Shown here: positions 61,600-64,000 of the stretch, piece after piece | Layout of the letters: each line of letters opens with the position of its first letter | Position numbering within the stretch: position 1 is the first letter of the stretch | Origin: Octopus sinensis | Taxonomy: Eukaryota | Assembly: GCF_006345805.1 (NCBI RefSeq) | Contig: NC_043001.1 | Location: 51,832,001-51,896,000, forward strand | Direction: 5' to 3' | DNA length: 64,000 nucleotides | The notes under the pieces: generated by a model | Database searches by the model: none | The model's input: only the letters and a program-made list of their open reading frames with translations | Told to the model about the DNA's origin: nothing | Position numbers and translations under genes: made by a program

Positions 61600-62560
61600 A
61601 ATACTCATAGGATACTCGACCGATTATTAGCTGCATACTGTGAGAACACGATTGTCAGACAAGTTCGTATAGCATGCCGTGTGTTTCCAAACAATCTTTC
61701 TGACTCAAATATACATTTTTTGAAAAATGACAAAGGAAGGCTGATCGTTGGGAAAAGAGAAGAAAAACGAAAAATGTGGTCTTTGAGAAAGTGAAAAAGG
61801 AAAATTAAGAGTTGCATCCCTTCTATTGAACTGGAAAACTCAATCCTCTCCTGATAAAGTACGTGTATGCAGTCTCATTAACTTTCACCTTCTCCCTAAC
61901 AATCGTGTTTTCGTAGCATGAAACTAATAGAAGCTCGAATTTAGATCCACCGAATTGGTGAGGAAATGACCGTTAAGAAGGCATTTAGATAGGTTCCTAA
62001 AGTTACAGCTGTGTTTAGATTCGGTTTGTTTTCTACTGTTTAGTCGTTTTGCATTCAATATTTTGCTCTTATTGGCAAAGTTCTTACAGCAAAGGTAGGA
62101 AAATTAGAATCCTATGAGTTCTTGGGAAAGTTAGATACAGCAGGTCCAGAAATTCCTTCATTATATTTGTACCTATATTCAAATTGAATTGTAGAATATA
62201 CTTAGGGAGATTTTTGTTCAACTTTTGTATTTTAAAATAGTTGGTATTTGTATATGTTTAACTCTTCCTTAATGTCCACATCCTCTTCTGAGTATTTCAA
62301 TGTGATTGGTTGATAACCTTCAGAATTCTTTTTTATCGGAGGCTAAGGATGAAATACACTTACTGTTGGCGGCGACTAACCCACGATGAATATTTGGTGG
62401 AACATGAAATTGTTTGTCACTATCGAATAATTGTTAATTAGGAGTAAAATTTACCTGTTTCTAAGTTTAGCGTGACATCTAAAATGTTTACCTTAGAAAG
62501 ATTGCTATCAACTGTGATAGTTTAATATGAATTCCTGAAAATTATGATTTGGTCATTTTC
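61600..62560 (-). pseudogene. Decayed Penelope-like element ORF (RT thumb to GIY-YIG)
   Basis: Minus-strand VNILDVTLNLETG (62455-62492), PPNIHRG...ISSLASDKKEF (62320-62402) and GNTRHAIRTCL (61660-61692) resemble PLE RT C-terminal and GIY-YIG G.T.R.L..R motifs. Confidence 0.55.
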
Positions 62561-62694
62561 CTAAATTTGTGAAAACTAGTCATTTGTATTGCTTAAAAGA
62601 AATGAAATTATGAACAAGGCCCAACTTAATATGAATTAAATTAATTCAGCTGTTACCATAAAGCCTTCAACAGTAAACAACTATGTCCCACCAA

Positions 62695-62900
62695 TATTGG
62701 TTTCAAATTTTGGCACAAAGCTAGCAATTTCGCGAAGAAGTAAAGTCGATTACATCGACACCAGTGCTTAACTGGTATTCATTTTATTGACTCCAAAAAT
62801 ATGAAAGGCAAAAATCAACCTCGGTAGAATATGAACTCAAAACGCAAAGACAGACGAAATGACGTTAAGCATTTTGAACAGCGCGCTTACGATTCTGCAA
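62695..62900 (-). mobile_element. SINE family B (diverged)
   Basis: Family B core, reverse complement. Confidence 0.65.
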
Positions 62901-63109
62901 ACTCACCACCCTATGACGCCCCATCAATATGCCAACATAAAACATCACTTCTATCAGCACTTACTCCCGCTCCCTTTATTCAGCTTCTTCTCATTTTTCT
63001 TTCCTTCACTTTTTATTGATTCCTTCTATCTCCTAATTCCCCGTATCCTAACGCGGCTTACCTTCTCCTCTGATATATAACTTTGCATTTCCATGTTTTA
63101 GAGCGTATC

Positions 63110-63349
63110 TTTTAACTTTTATCTTTTACTTGTTTTAGTCGTTAGACTCCGGCCATGCTGGAGCACAACCTTGAAGAATTGTCAGTCGAATAAATCGACC
63201 CCAATACTTTTTTTGTTGAGCCTGGTACTTTTTCTATCTGTCTCTCTTGCCGAACCGGGGACGTAAACTAACGAACACCGGTTGCCAAGCGGTGGTAAGA
63301 ACAAACAGACAGGCAGACGCACGCACATACAGACACACGCATGCACACA

Positions 63350-63423
<74 letters not shown>

Positions 63424-63575
63424 GACGGGCTTCTTTCAGTTTCCGTCCACCAAATCCACTCACAATGCTTTTAATCGGCCCGAAACTTTAGCAAAAGACA
63501 CTTACTCATGCAATGGGATTGAACCTGGTACAATGTGGTGGGGAAGCAAACTTCTTACCGTACAGTAACTCCTGA
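63110..63575 (-). mobile_element. SINE family A, full length
   Basis: Family A halves with central (CA)n. Confidence 0.8.
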
Positions 63576-64000
63576 ACCTACCTTCTTTATTTTTGATAAT
63601 CTCGAAATTTCACTGAAACGTGTATAACCAGACATGAACACTTAACCGAGGAATTCACAGCTGTATGAGCTACCATTTAACTTTGAAAGTTTTGACTCTG
63701 TTGCGGCTCATTCGAGCACGTACGGCTTTACATATCCACATATATATTTATAATCACATAATTTCAGGAACTTATATGAGCGTAATGTTGCAACAGGTTC
63801 ATAATTCCTTCAGTTTATTTTGTTTATTATGTTCATATTTTTCTTATCTAATATCTATTTCATTTGCGTTCAATAGAAAATTTGTTATAGGGCACCTTCT
63901 GTAAACCAGAGCATTTTAAAGTCGATGCAAATCCCGTGTAATATCTTATCGAAATTTCTCTGAAATATGTTAGGCTGGAATAAACATGCACGCTCGACTG

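Overview
AT-rich, microsatellite-saturated animal genomic DNA. It is most likely octopus or another coleoid cephalopod (inference from the recurring tRNA-derived SINE families and decayed C2H2 zinc-finger arrays). No intact host gene, CRISPR array, rRNA or true tRNA gene is recognisable, and almost all short ORFs in the track are microsatellite read-throughs. The window is a layered graveyard of mobile elements. It holds a near full-length CR1/L2-group LINE (about 42839-47426) whose ORF1 is intact and unusual (Myb/SANT-like helix domain, polyQ, two CCCH fingers), plus a second 3' fragment of that family. It also holds a GC-rich Tx1-clade LINE fragment inside an (ATCT)n tract, decayed R4/Dong-like, RTE and Penelope-like (PLE) elements, non-autonomous Helitrons, Merlin, hAT and mariner remnants, and dozens of SINEs. 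The most interesting signal is at the RNA level: several hammerhead ribozyme motifs in PLE-type terminal repeats. Three are type I with palindromic or near-palindromic stem III (1084, 10798, 53839). A separate three-copy family (33079, 33761, and 56140 on the minus strand) has the hammerhead strands in a non-circularly permuted order. Five long fold-back palindromes anchored on (TA)n tracts are also present. All structure calls were made by eye and none has been computed or tested. Most repeat boundaries are approximate.
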